A program made the translations under genes and the position numbers. A DNA stretch of 64,000 bases from contig BTVJ01000013.1 in the NCBI GenBank assembly GCA_045863395.1, positions 1 to 64,000 of the forward strand. The letters run 5' to 3'. Below the pieces are notes generated by a model, which worked only from the letters and a program-made list of their open reading frames with translations, did no database searches and was not told where the DNA came from. This document shows positions 1-9,051 of this stretch, piece after piece; within the stretch, counting starts at the first letter, position 1, and the number at the start of each line of letters is the position of its first letter. This DNA is from Myxococcales bacterium. Lineage in GTDB: Bacteria; Myxococcota_A; UBA9042; JABWCM01; BTVJ01.

Positions 1-100
1 AGACGCCAACGTTGAACATGAGCCATGAGCGGGCGCTGTCCGTGTGAGCGGACCGCGCACCGATTCGATCCATAGCGCCGTACTGTCCACCAGGTGAGCG

Positions 101-1447
101 ATGACCGAGCTCTGGTCGAGTGCCCTGCAAGCAATTCGCGCCAAGGTGTCCGTCCAGGACTACGAGGCGTGGTTCGTCCCCATCGGCTGCGACGGAGTGG
201 ACGAGCGCGAGATAGTGCTCCGGGTCCCCCACGGGCTCTTCGCTGACTGGATCCGCGCGCGCTACGGCACGCTCATCGAGGTGGAGGTCTCGCGGCAGGC
301 GGGCAGGCCCATGCTGCTGCGCCTGGTCAACGCGGAGGACGCGGCCACGGCCCCCCAGGGCGCCCCCAGGGGCTCGGGTCAGGTCGCGCTCTTCACGCCC
401 CCGGGGTCCGACGCTCCGGCGCTGCCGGACGGGCTGATGCCGAAGTACAACTTCCGGTCCTTCGTCGTAGGTCCCTCCAATCAGTTCGCCCACGCGGCGT
501 GCCAGGCCGTCGCAGACAACCCCACCAGCAACTACAACCCCCTGTTCATCTACGGCGGCGTGGGGCTCGGCAAGACCCACCTGCTCCACGCCATCGGTAT
601 CGGCGTGCACGAGCGCAACCCGAGGGCGCGCATCCGCTACATCTCGTCGGAGAACTACATCAACGACCTGATCACGAGCATCCGCCTCGAGCGCATGGAC
701 GACTTCCGCTACCGCTACCGCAACGAGTGCGATGTCCTGCTCATCGACGACATCCAGTTCTTCGCCGGAAAGGACCGCACGCAGGAGGAGTTCTTCCACA
801 CCTTCAACAGTCTCCACTCCGCCCACAAGCAGATCGTGGTGACCAGCGACCGCTTCCCCCAGGAGATCCCGGGCCTGGAGGAGCGCCTCCGCTCGCGCTT
901 CCAGTGGGGCCTCATCGCGGACATCCAGCCTCCCGAGATGGAGACCCGGGTCGCGATCCTGAAGAAGAAGGCAGAGAAGCTCGGCTTCGACCTCGCGGAC
1001 GATGTCACCATGTACCTGGCGACGGCCATCAAGTCGAACGTGCGGGAGCTGGAGGGCTCCCTCACCCGCCTGCACGCGTGGTTCGCCATCAAGCGGGAGG
1101 TCGTCACGCTGGCGAAGGCCAAGGAGCTCCTGCGCAACATCATCCAGGACCGGGGGCGGGTCGTCACTGCGGAGACCATCATGAAGGTGGTCGCCGCGGC
1201 CTACGACGTGAAGGTCTCAGACCTCAAGGGGGAGCGCCGCCACCGCACCGTCACGCGCCCTCGCATGGTCGCCATGTACCTGAGCCGCCGGCTCACCAAC
1301 GAGTCGTTCCCTGAGATCGGGCGCCGGTTCGGGGGGCGGGACCACTCCACCGTCATCAGCGCCGTCAACAAGATCGAGAAGGAGCTCCTCCACGACACCA
1401 TGCTGCAGAAGATGGTCCGTGACCTGGAGCGGCAGCTCGAGATGTAG
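101..1447 (+). CDS. dnaA: Chromosomal replication initiator protein DnaA
   Basis: YNPLFIYGGVGLGKTHL Walker A, LLIDDIQF Walker B, QEEFFHTFN, RLRSRFQWGL, C-terminal IGRRFGGRDHSTVI DnaA signature. Confidence 0.99.
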   Translation: MTELWSSALQAIRAKVSVQDYEAWFVPIGCDGVDEREIVLRVPHGLFADWIRARYGTLIEVEVSRQAGRPMLLRLVNAEDAATAPQGAPRGSGQVALFTPPGSDAPALPDGLMPKYNFRSFVVGPSNQFAHAACQAVADNPTSNYNPLFIYGGVGLGKTHLLHAIGIGVHERNPRARIRYISSENYINDLITSIRLERMDDFRYRYRNECDVLLIDDIQFFAGKDRTQEEFFHTFNSLHSAHKQIVVTSDRFPQEIPGLEERLRSRFQWGLIADIQPPEMETRVAILKKKAEKLGFDLADDVTMYLATAIKSNVRELEGSLTRLHAWFAIKREVVTLAKAKELLRNIIQDRGRVVTAETIMKVVAAAYDVKVSDLKGERRHRTVTRPRMVAMYLSRRLTNESFPEIGRRFGGRDHSTVISAVNKIEKELLHDTMLQKMVRDLERQLEM

Positions 1448-1552
1448 CGTGGCTCCCGCCTCGCGCGTGTCGGGTCGGGTGACCGGGAGGGCACGGCGGC
1501 GGGAGGCGAGGGACCTGGAGAGCCACGAGCCGTGCGCGGGAGCGCTCCGCGG

Positions 1553-1993
1553 CTAGGGAGCGGTCTCCGGCGCGGGAGCAGGCGAAGGAGCGGTCTCCGG
1601 CGCGGGCGCGTTCTGCGGCGCGGGAGCCGCCTCCGCCGCGGGCGCGTTCTGCGGCGCGGGAGCCGCCTCCGGCGCGGGCGCGTTCTGCGGCGCGGGCGCG
1701 GCCTCGGGCGGGGCATTGGCGGCACGCTGGGTGGCCCGGTCGGCGTCGATCTTGTACGCCTTCTGCATGCACACCTCGATGCTCCGCTGATCGCGGGCCT
1801 CCACCATGCAGTCACGAAGGCTGTCCGGCCAGGCGCTGCACTCGCGCATGCAGCGGGGCTGCGTGTCCGGATCGGCGCCCGACTTGGCCGCGGAGAGCAG
1901 GTTCTTGCACGCCTCCGCGCACGGTTCGCCCTTGCAGGCACCGAGGGTCAGGGCGACGGTCAGGGCAAGGGCGATTGCGACGAGCCTCGGCAT
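1553..1993 (-). CDS. Small Cys-containing lipoprotein with Pro/Ala-rich tail
   Basis: ATG 1993 after CAGGAG RBS; signal MPRLVAIALALTVALTLGAC (lipobox); ECSAWPDSLRDC motif shared with neighbouring gene. Confidence 0.8.
   Translation of the reverse strand: MPRLVAIALALTVALTLGACKGEPCAEACKNLLSAAKSGADPDTQPRCMRECSAWPDSLRDCMVEARDQRSIEVCMQKAYKIDADRATQRAANAPPEAAPAPQNAPAPEAAPAPQNAPAAEAAPAPQNAPAPETAPSPAPAPETAP
1595..1702. repeat. Three 36-bp tandem repeats encoding APAPQNAPAPEA
   Basis: ctccggcgcgggcgcgttctgcggcgcgggagccgc unit starting at 1595, 1631 and 1667. Confidence 0.9.
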
Positions 1994-2020
1994 CTTCAGC
2001 TCCTGTTGTGGCAGGCCACC

Positions 2021-2049
2021 GTTGTAGCCCATGGGCCCCGAGGAGGCAA
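2021..2049 (-). promoter_or_regulatory. Putative sigma70-type promoter TTGCCT-N17-TACAAC
   Basis: 17-nt spacing, about 28 nt upstream of ATG 1993. Confidence 0.5.
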
Positions 2050-2083
2050 GGACAGCAGGCGCGTCGGGCCATGCCATTGACCC

Positions 2084-2120
2084 GAAACGACGACGGCCGG
2101 CGCACTGGCGCCGGCCGTCG
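2084..2120 (-). terminator. Putative intrinsic terminator hairpin
   Basis: 13-bp perfect stem CGACGGCCGGCGC/GCGCCGGCCGTCG (2091-2120), 4-nt loop, followed on the minus strand by TCGTTTC, just after the 2150 stop. Confidence 0.7.
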
Positions 2121-2149
2121 AGGAAAGTCTCAGGGTTTGCAGTGCGGGA

Positions 2150-2521
2150 CTACTCGGCGGCGCCCTCGGCGGCCTTCTTGGCCTCCTCGACTGCCTTGCC
2201 GGCCTCCTCGGTGGCCTTCTTGGCCTCCTCGCCGGCCGACTTCATGGCCTTCTCCATCTCGGCGGCCATGACCTTCGCGAAGCATGCGCCCACGGCGGCC
2301 TCGTCACCAGCGTCCGCGAAGCAGTTCTTCACGTCATCCGGCCACGCCTTGCACTCCTCGAGGAACTTCTTCTTGTCCGCGTCCGTCGGGTCCTTCTCGC
2401 CAGCCTTCTTGCCCAGCTCGGCCATCTTGGACATGGCCTTCTCGCACGGGTCCTTCTTGCACCCGGTGCCGAGACCCGCAATGAACGCGACCATCGCCGC
2501 CATCATGAAGAACTTCTTCAT
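2150..2521 (-). CDS. Small lipoprotein, paralog of 1553-1993
   Basis: AAGGAGG RBS, MKKFF...LGTGC lipobox, ECKAWPDDVKNC motif, Lys/Ala/Glu helical tail. Confidence 0.9.
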   Translation of the reverse strand: MKKFFMMAAMVAFIAGLGTGCKKDPCEKAMSKMAELGKKAGEKDPTDADKKKFLEECKAWPDDVKNCFADAGDEAAVGACFAKVMAAEMEKAMKSAGEEAKKATEEAGKAVEEAKKAAEGAAE

Positions 2522-2586
2522 CGAAACATCCTCCTTCGCGCAGACCAAGAGGCCCCGACTCCGGGGCGGTTGAAAAACTGGGTTCG

Positions 2587-2615
2587 CTTGTAGCCCAAAG
2601 CCGACCCCGTCGCAA
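2587..2615 (-). promoter_or_regulatory. Putative sigma70-type promoter TTGCGA-N17-TACAAG
   Basis: 17-nt spacing upstream of ATG 2521, with an AT-rich stretch further upstream. Confidence 0.5.
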
Positions 2616-2674
2616 CTTTATTCTGCGCGGCGGGGAATCACGCGGCGGCGAGGACGGGTTTGGACATCTCAGCC

Positions 2675-3262
2675 TCAGACGCCAAGGGGGAGGAGGCCGT
2701 GGGCCAGGAGCAGGTCCACGACCCGTGTCAGGGGCAGACCCACGATGCCCGTGTGGTCCTCGCCTCGCATGCGCTCGAACAGGGCGATCCCCAGCGACTC
2801 CACCTTGTACGAGCCCGCACAGTCCACCGGGTCATCTGCACGGACGTATGCCACCGCCTGGGCGCGGCTCAGGGAGCGCATGGTCATCTCATGGACTGTC
2901 AGCGCGGTCGCAGTCGTCCCCGCGCGCCCGTCGTGGAGGGCCACTGCGGTCAGCAGGCGGTGCGTGCGACCCGCGAGCCGCATGAGCTGGTCTACGGCCC
3001 GCTCCTGCGACCCCGGCTTGCCCAGGATCGCCCCATCCAGCTCCGCCGCCTGGTCGCTACCCAGGATCAGGGCGTCCGGGTACGCCGCCGCCAGGCTCCT
3101 CGCCTTGCCGCAGGCCAGCTCCACCACGAGCGCTTCCGGAGCCAGAGGCAGGTCGTGTCGCTCCTCGTAGGCGGGGGCCGCGACCTCGAACGGGAGCCGG
3201 AGCTGCTCCAGCAGCGCGCGCCGGTAGCGGCTCGTCGACGCCAGCACGAGGCGCACGCTCAC
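2675..3262 (-). CDS. maf: Maf/YceF family nucleoside triphosphate pyrophosphatase
   Basis: LVLASTSRYRRALL, ILGSDQ, ILGKPG, DCAGSYKVE, IVGLPL; GTG start overlaps upstream TGA (GTGA). Confidence 0.93.
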   Translation of the reverse strand: MSVRLVLASTSRYRRALLEQLRLPFEVAAPAYEERHDLPLAPEALVVELACGKARSLAAAYPDALILGSDQAAELDGAILGKPGSQERAVDQLMRLAGRTHRLLTAVALHDGRAGTTATALTVHEMTMRSLSRAQAVAYVRADDPVDCAGSYKVESLGIALFERMRGEDHTGIVGLPLTRVVDLLLAHGLLPLGV

Positions 3263-4677
3263 ACGCTCCCGCTCAGGCCGACGAACACCGACCAGGCGCC
3301 GTCGGGCTGCACGGAGAGCCGCGCCTCCAGGCCGACACCGGCCAGGGCGCCGTCCAGGCCCGCCTGGACCTCCGCCTGGAAGGCCCCCCGCTCGTAGCCG
3401 AGCCGCAAGGACAGCGCCTCCGTCCGCAGCGCCAGGTAGGAGGCGAGGTTCTGGAGGAGCGCCCGGGCGCTCTCCGCGTCTCCGGGCCCCTTGACGGAGA
3501 CCTTCTCCAGGTAGAGCTCGAGCCGCGTGTCGTCCGGCAGCGTGTGGGTCCACCGGATGCTGCCACCGAGCAGCTCCTCGATGGCGCGCTCGGACGTGTT
3601 GAGGTTGAGGCGAATGATCAGGTCGTCGCGGGTGCCGCGCAGGCGCCACGCCAGCTCCAGGAACATCTCCAGGTTGCGGGTGAGCCAGACGTCCGAGATG
3701 CTCAACCCCTCCTGGATCTCCGCGTCCCGGCTCACGCGGCCAGCGGCGCGCAGCGCGTCGAGGCGCCGGTCCCGCTGGGGCCACACCACCGTCATGCGAC
3801 GCTGGCGCCGCTCCCAGTCGGCGTGGAACCGGTCATACGGAACGCGCGCCACCTGGCCGTCGGCGAGGTAGCTGTCGACGACCACCTCGCGGCGCTCGTC
3901 GTCGTAACCCCGGACGACGGCGAAGTGCCCTCCGCCCCCCTCCCAGCCCACCTCCACCAGCACCGGGTGACCGTGCGCCAGGTACGCGCGGAGGTCATCG
4001 AGGGTGCCTGGGCCGCTGACCAGCGAGAAACCACGGCGCCGGAGCTCCTCCTCCTGCAGCAGGCCCGAGCCAGTATAGAAGGAGAGCTGCGTGTCGGGCT
4101 CCGCGAGCGCGACGGGCACCCCGTGGGCCTTGAGCCAGGTGGCGAGCATGGTCTCGCCGCACGCGTTGCGCATCTGGGGGTAGGCGGGGAGCTCCAGGTC
4201 GACGTCGCCGGGGAGTGCGCCTGGATCCAGCGCCGCGTGCGGCAGCAACCGGCCTGGCAGGTTGACCGCCGCGTCCAGCAGGATGCCGACCGCCCGGTCG
4301 AAGGGGCGCCGCACGAAGGGCGGGATGGCGTCGACCACCCGGTAGGCCGCACCGGCGACGGGCTTGAGCAGCAACCCCGCGAGCATGCGCGGCAGCTCCG
4401 TCACCGCGGCGCGCGCCTGGAAGTAGTCGTCGAAGTTGGCACGCCACGGCTGCTCCCGCCACGGCGCGGGCACCCCGTGGAGGAGCGCGTCGAAGAGCGC
4501 CTGGTCCTTGGCCGCCTCGCGAGCGGCATCCCCAAGCCTCCGGGCCGCCTCGCCCGTGAGGACCGCGCCCCAGCCGGGCAGCAGGTCCACCGGGGCGCCG
4601 TCGGCCCCGGGCACCACGATGCGGCGGAAGGCCAGCGCGGCCCGGCGCTCCTCCTCGGGGGTCAGCTCGCCACTCAT
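3259..4677 (-). CDS. C39-like (papain-fold) cysteine peptidase domain protein
   Basis: QMRNACG (Gln, catalytic Cys), GHPVLV...GGHFAVVRGYD (His), VVVDSY (Asp); C-terminal amphipathic beta-strand region. Confidence 0.75.
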   Translation of the reverse strand: MSGELTPEEERRAALAFRRIVVPGADGAPVDLLPGWGAVLTGEAARRLGDAAREAAKDQALFDALLHGVPAPWREQPWRANFDDYFQARAAVTELPRMLAGLLLKPVAGAAYRVVDAIPPFVRRPFDRAVGILLDAAVNLPGRLLPHAALDPGALPGDVDLELPAYPQMRNACGETMLATWLKAHGVPVALAEPDTQLSFYTGSGLLQEEELRRRGFSLVSGPGTLDDLRAYLAHGHPVLVEVGWEGGGGHFAVVRGYDDERREVVVDSYLADGQVARVPYDRFHADWERRQRRMTVVWPQRDRRLDALRAAGRVSRDAEIQEGLSISDVWLTRNLEMFLELAWRLRGTRDDLIIRLNLNTSERAIEELLGGSIRWTHTLPDDTRLELYLEKVSVKGPGDAESARALLQNLASYLALRTEALSLRLGYERGAFQAEVQAGLDGALAGVGLEARLSVQPDGAWSVFVGLSGSV

Positions 4678-4683
4678 CGCAGG

Positions 4684-6645
4684 TCAATACAGCGCATGAA
4701 CCCTCACCTCCATGACGACCTTGGCCTTCCCGCTCTCGACGACGATGTCCGCGTCCACCAGGGGCACCTGCCCATGGAACGAGACCAGCTCCTGGTGCGC
4801 GTCGAACACCCACTCCAGCACGCCGAAGCGCGGGTACCAGTCCACCTCGAGCAGCGCCCAGTCCAGCCGCAGGGAGCCCATGCCGTCGAAGACGGGCCCC
4901 TCGTAGAGGGGCACCCCGGGCTTGGTGGTCTCCTTCTCCTTCTGCGTGAACACCTCCGGGGTGCGCTGGGCGATCTTGGTCTGGCTGACCAGCACGTTCC
5001 GCCCGAAGGTGTCCTTCACGTAGGGGTCGTAGCGCACCTCGGTCTCGAAGGCCAGCTCCGCCGGCGGGACGCCCTGGTTCTTGAAGTCGAGGCCGTCGGA
5101 CTCCAGGTCGTCGTGGAGCGTGATCTCCGCCGCCCGGATGGTCACCTTGCGCCGGTGGAAGAGGCCGGCCGCCGACAGGAGGCCCGTCGCCTCGCTGCTC
5201 GGCACCGTCATGTGGTCCACGTTCACATAGGAGCGCGTTGCGGCGAGCGTCTGGCCAGCCGCCGTCGTCAGCGAGGCATCGGGAGCCTGGCTGTGGAAGT
5301 ACTGGTCGACGGTGTGGAGGATGCCGTCGTTCGGCAGATCCTCCGGGTTGTCGAGGTCCAAGAGCTGGATGCCGAGCGCCTCCTTGATCTTCGGGTCCGT
5401 GCCGCCGACGTGGTGGATGGCGATGCCGCCAAAGAGCGGGTTGTTCCCCTCGTGGAGCTTGTGGTCCCAGCGCGCCGCGTGGTCCATCACCCAGTCCGGG
5501 TTCATCAAGATGAAGTCGCTCAGCTCCAGCCCCAACGCGACGGCCCCCTCCTGCACCGCCGGGTTGTCGAAGAGGCGCGCCAGCCGTGCCCCCGCGATGA
5601 CGCCAGCGCTGCTCACCCAACGCACGATGCGGTTCTCGGACGCGAGCTGCTCGTAGTCGTTCTCGATGAGCATGCGCGTCACGAGGCAGCCCATGGAGTG
5701 GCACACCACGTTGACGTGGGTGGCCCCCGACGTCGTGAGCTTGTGCCGGATCCACTTGGCGGTGATCAGGGCGTAGCGCTGGAGACCCCACGGACCACCG
5801 CTGAAGGGGTACTGCTCGATCTCGGCGATGTCCGCCGCGCTGAGCCACGGCGCGGGGTTCTTGCCGTAATACTCCACCCGGGCGACCTGGTTCGGCGCCA
5901 GCGCCCCCGCGGGCTCGGCGCCGCAGGGCCGCACGATGCCCCAGTCCGCCAGGGCGCCCACCATGCCGCCGCAGCCCTTGTCGGCCCCGTAGACCAGCTT
6001 CTCCAGGTCGCCGCCCTGGTTGGAGAAGCCGTGGATGTCCACCGTGATGGTCGTCGCCTCTGCGTCATAGGCCTTGGCGCCGGTCATGGCTGGAGGCGGC
6101 GCGCAGTCCGCCGGGCAGGACGCTGCCGTCTCGCACGGGGCGCAGGCGCCGTCCGCGCAGTCCGCCCAGCGGTCCGGGTCGATGACCGGGCCGAGGCACA
6201 TGCCGAGCAGGCAGATGCCGCCGGGGCAGCTCGCCGGGTCGAGGGTGCAGGTGTAGTCGAAGTCGCCCGAGGGCTCGGGGCAGTCGGCGGGTGGGCCCGC
6301 GTCCACGGCGGCGTCCGTCCCGTCCGGGTCTGACGCGACGTCGGGCGTGGCATCCGGGGAGGCGTCGTCGACGGGACCCCCGGCGTCCGGGGGGGCAGCC
6401 GCGTCCGTGAGGCTCCCCGTGTCTGGCGTGGCGTCGGCGATGTCGCCGGGGGCCGGCGCGTCCTCGCCGCCCCCGCCGCCCCCGCCGTCCAGCGGCCCCG
6501 GCGCCGCGTCGCCGCCGGCGTCGGCGGTCCCGTCCGGCGGCCCCAGACCCGCGTCGGCGACGGCGGCGTCCGTGGGCGGGGCGTCATCCGACTCGGAGCA
6601 GGCCCCTACGATCACGGCAAGGACGAGCGCGACTCGCAGCTTCAT
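4684..6645 (-). CDS. Lipoprotein alpha/beta-hydrolase (lipase-like) with Asp/Pro linker and Cys-rich segment
   Basis: MKLRVALVLAVIVGAC lipobox; DIHGF oxyanion motif, VVCHSMG nucleophile elbow, NDG and VDH candidate Asp/His. Confidence 0.8.
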   Translation of the reverse strand: MKLRVALVLAVIVGACSESDDAPPTDAAVADAGLGPPDGTADAGGDAAPGPLDGGGGGGGEDAPAPGDIADATPDTGSLTDAAAPPDAGGPVDDASPDATPDVASDPDGTDAAVDAGPPADCPEPSGDFDYTCTLDPASCPGGICLLGMCLGPVIDPDRWADCADGACAPCETAASCPADCAPPPAMTGAKAYDAEATTITVDIHGFSNQGGDLEKLVYGADKGCGGMVGALADWGIVRPCGAEPAGALAPNQVARVEYYGKNPAPWLSAADIAEIEQYPFSGGPWGLQRYALITAKWIRHKLTTSGATHVNVVCHSMGCLVTRMLIENDYEQLASENRIVRWVSSAGVIAGARLARLFDNPAVQEGAVALGLELSDFILMNPDWVMDHAARWDHKLHEGNNPLFGGIAIHHVGGTDPKIKEALGIQLLDLDNPEDLPNDGILHTVDQYFHSQAPDASLTTAAGQTLAATRSYVNVDHMTVPSSEATGLLSAAGLFHRRKVTIRAAEITLHDDLESDGLDFKNQGVPPAELAFETEVRYDPYVKDTFGRNVLVSQTKIAQRTPEVFTQKEKETTKPGVPLYEGPVFDGMGSLRLDWALLEVDWYPRFGVLEWVFDAHQELVSFHGQVPLVDADIVVESGKAKVVMEVRVHALY

Positions 6646-6786
6646 GGGCTTCACCTCGATCAGGGTCCGCGGGATACTCTCCGCCACGCGGGCCCCGAAC
6701 GCAACTGCGCGTCCCCAGACCCGGGCCCGCGAGCACGCCATCGCGGGCGTGGACCCGATGGCCCGTCGCCGCTATGCTTGCGAACC

Positions 6787-7092
6787 GTGACCACGCGCAT
6801 CCCCGCACTGGCCCTCTCCGCGCTGCTCGCTGCAGGGTGCTTCGACTCCACCACCGAGGAGTCCTCTTGGCGCGGGCCCGCGGAGTACGACCTCCAGCCG
6901 GACGGCGTCCACTGCCTGCACGCCGACGAGGTCACCGAGCTTCAGAAGAAGCCGTGCTTCAAGACCGAGTGCATCTGGTACTGCGCGACCTTCCAGGGCA
7001 AGGCGGAGCGCTGGGTGTCCATGGACTTCGAGCACTGCGGCGATGGCTGGGAGCGCACCAGCACGTTCACGCAGAACGGGCTCTGCTACTGA
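6787..7092 (+). CDS. Small Cys-rich lipoprotein, unknown function
   Basis: LALSALLAAGC lipobox, six further Cys, coding-like codon usage; start TTG 6778 or GTG 6787. Confidence 0.7.
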   Translation: MTTRIPALALSALLAAGCFDSTTEESSWRGPAEYDLQPDGVHCLHADEVTELQKKPCFKTECIWYCATFQGKAERWVSMDFEHCGDGWERTSTFTQNGLCY

Positions 7093-7844
7093 GCGGGTGA
7101 CGGCGCCGGGGAGTCCACGGTGGCCGGCGCGGCTGCCGGGGGCGTGGGTGGAGCGTCCACGGGCGGCGCGGCAGGAGCGGGGGCGTCGGCGGGGGGCGGC
7201 AGCGGTGGGGCGTCGTGGGTGCCCATGCGCTCGCTGAAGCCCTCCATGACGGTGTGGATCTCTTTGATCTTGCCGTTCTTCTCTTTCAGCCAGTTCCACT
7301 GCTCGGTCATCTTGCCCGCCACGAAGTCCGCGCGGCCGATCTTCATGCCGTCCGGGGCATAGTGGAGCCAGGTGCCGTGCTTCTTTCCCGCGACGAATGA
7401 GCCCTGCTTCGACACCTGGCCGTTCTGGTGCCACCAGGTCCAGGCACCGCTCATCGCCCCGTTCTCGTACTGCCCCTCCGACTGCTTCTCGCCGCCGGGC
7501 CACCACACGCGGGCAGGACCATGCTTCGGTGACGACCCGTCGCCGGGAGCCTTCGCGCACCACTGGTCCTTGCCGTTCGGCGGCGCAGAGCCCCGCAGCA
7601 CGGTGCCACCCGGACAGACGAGCACGTCTCCTGGCACGACGGGGGGGGCCTCCGCCTGCTGGTCAGGGGGCGTCACGGGAGCTTCGGGGGTCACCTGCGT
7701 CACCGGGTCGTCGGACTTCTCTGGGGCCACCTTCGTGTTGGCGCCGGGGGTCGTCGTCGTCGGCGTGGGGTAGCGGGGGGGCTCGCTCTTGCAGCCAGCA
7801 GCGCCGAGCCCGAGCACCAGGAGCCAGCCTATTTGTCGTCTCAT
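7086..7844 (-). CDS. MORN-repeat-variant (YwqK-like) lipoprotein
   Basis: LGAAGC lipobox; repeated HGxWxxWxxxG / GxFxxGKKHG units. Confidence 0.85.
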   Translation of the reverse strand: MRRQIGWLLVLGLGAAGCKSEPPRYPTPTTTTPGANTKVAPEKSDDPVTQVTPEAPVTPPDQQAEAPPVVPGDVLVCPGGTVLRGSAPPNGKDQWCAKAPGDGSSPKHGPARVWWPGGEKQSEGQYENGAMSGAWTWWHQNGQVSKQGSFVAGKKHGTWLHYAPDGMKIGRADFVAGKMTEQWNWLKEKNGKIKEIHTVMEGFSERMGTHDAPPLPPPADAPAPAAPPVDAPPTPPAAAPATVDSPAPSPAQ

Positions 7845-7878
7845 GTCCTGCCTCTCCAGAGTCTGGGGGAGATCTACC

Positions 7879-9051
7879 CTAACCATCCGGGTCCGCCTCC
7901 GCAAGCGCCCCATCGGGGCGCCGGCGCGGCCTGTAGCGACCCATCAGATCCTTCAGAACGTCCAAGGGGAGCGAAGGTGCGAAGTGCTCGTTGATGCCCT
8001 CCATGGACGTGGCAGCGCACAGGGCGTTGAGGATCGCCTCCTCCGTCGCCTCGATGGTCGCCTGATACAGCGGGTCGATGCGCGTGTCGGGCAGCACCCG
8101 CAGGCTCGTTGGCTGGAGCTCCGTCGTGCGCGGGATGATGTTGGCCGTGGAGAAGGCCACCACGATCTCGCCGGAGTTGTTGGCGGCGTAGGACCCGCAC
8201 CGCCCGATGCCCAGCGCCGCTCGCTTCGCCAGGCGGCAGAGCTGCTGCGAGGTGAGGGGGGCGTCCGTCGCCACCACCTCGATGATGCTGCCGTAGTTGA
8301 CCCTGCGCTTCTCCAGTGTGGCGAAGTGCTGCTCCAGGAGCTCCCCCACCGGCACGCCGTCCACGCGGAGGTCCCCCAGGCGCCCGAAGTTGCTCATGAC
8401 CAGGACGCCGACCGTGAAGCCGCCGTCCTCCGCGGCCAGCCGCCGGGACGACGTGCCTATTCCTCCTTTCAGGTCACAGGTGATCATCCCCGTCCCGCCG
8501 CCGACGTTGCCCTCCACCACCGGCCCCGAGCGGGCGGTCGCGATGGCCTCGAAGACGTGCCGGTCCCGCACGTGGTGGCCCGCCACGTCGTTGAGCCACG
8601 AGTCGTCGCACTCGCCGACCAGCGGGATGACCACGTCGTGCTCCGCCCCAATCCCCGGGAAGCGCCCGACCATGTAGCGCACGGCCGCCTCTGAGCAGGT
8701 CCCCACGGACAGCGTGTTGGTGAGCAGGATGGGCGTCTCGATGAGCCCCCACTCCATCACCTGCATGAGGCCGGACACCTCCCCCGCGCCGTTGAGGACG
8801 AACCCGCCCCCGACCACCCGCTCGACGAACACCCGGTTGCGGTTGGGCAGGATGGCGGTCACTCCGGTGCGCACGGGCCCCTTGCCCGGCACCAGCGGCC
8901 CGCGCCCCCGGATGATGGTCGAGTGGCCGACCGCGACCCCGTCCACGTCGGTGATCGCGTTCCACGGCCCCGTGGGCAGCCGCCCGATGCCGATGCCCAG
9001 GTCACGCAGGCGGGCCCGGGGCTCGGGCTTCATGCGGGCGCGCTCAGGCAT
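7879..9051 (-). CDS. dmpA: DmpA/P1 family L-aminopeptidase/D-esterase
   Basis: NAITDVDGVAVGH, VRTGVTAI, NGAGE, VGECDDSWLND, EGNVGGGTGM, LKGGIGTSS, GSII autocleavage site, ATEEAILNAL. Confidence 0.93.
   Translation of the reverse strand: MPERARMKPEPRARLRDLGIGIGRLPTGPWNAITDVDGVAVGHSTIIRGRGPLVPGKGPVRTGVTAILPNRNRVFVERVVGGGFVLNGAGEVSGLMQVMEWGLIETPILLTNTLSVGTCSEAAVRYMVGRFPGIGAEHDVVIPLVGECDDSWLNDVAGHHVRDRHVFEAIATARSGPVVEGNVGGGTGMITCDLKGGIGTSSRRLAAEDGGFTVGVLVMSNFGRLGDLRVDGVPVGELLEQHFATLEKRRVNYGSIIEVVATDAPLTSQQLCRLAKRAALGIGRCGSYAANNSGEIVVAFSTANIIPRTTELQPTSLRVLPDTRIDPLYQATIEATEEAILNALCAATSMEGINEHFAPSLPLDVLKDLMGRYRPRRRPDGALAEADPDG

Noticed and set aside
81..92. DnaA box upstream of dnaA (CTGTCCACC)
   Set aside because: Single site with three mismatches to TTATCCACA; insufficient for oriC
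3544..6333. Long antisense/alternate-frame ORFs (also 25883-29938, 18626-20482, 58756-60915, and the extensions 8714-11293 and 11099-12931)
   Set aside because: Shadows of real genes in very high-GC DNA; no motifs, Arg/Gly/Ala/Pro-rich, and they overlap well-supported CDSs
7086..7844. Toxin-antitoxin system based on YwqK-like repeats
   Set aside because: No adjacent toxin; MORN-variant repeats are common in unrelated lipoproteins
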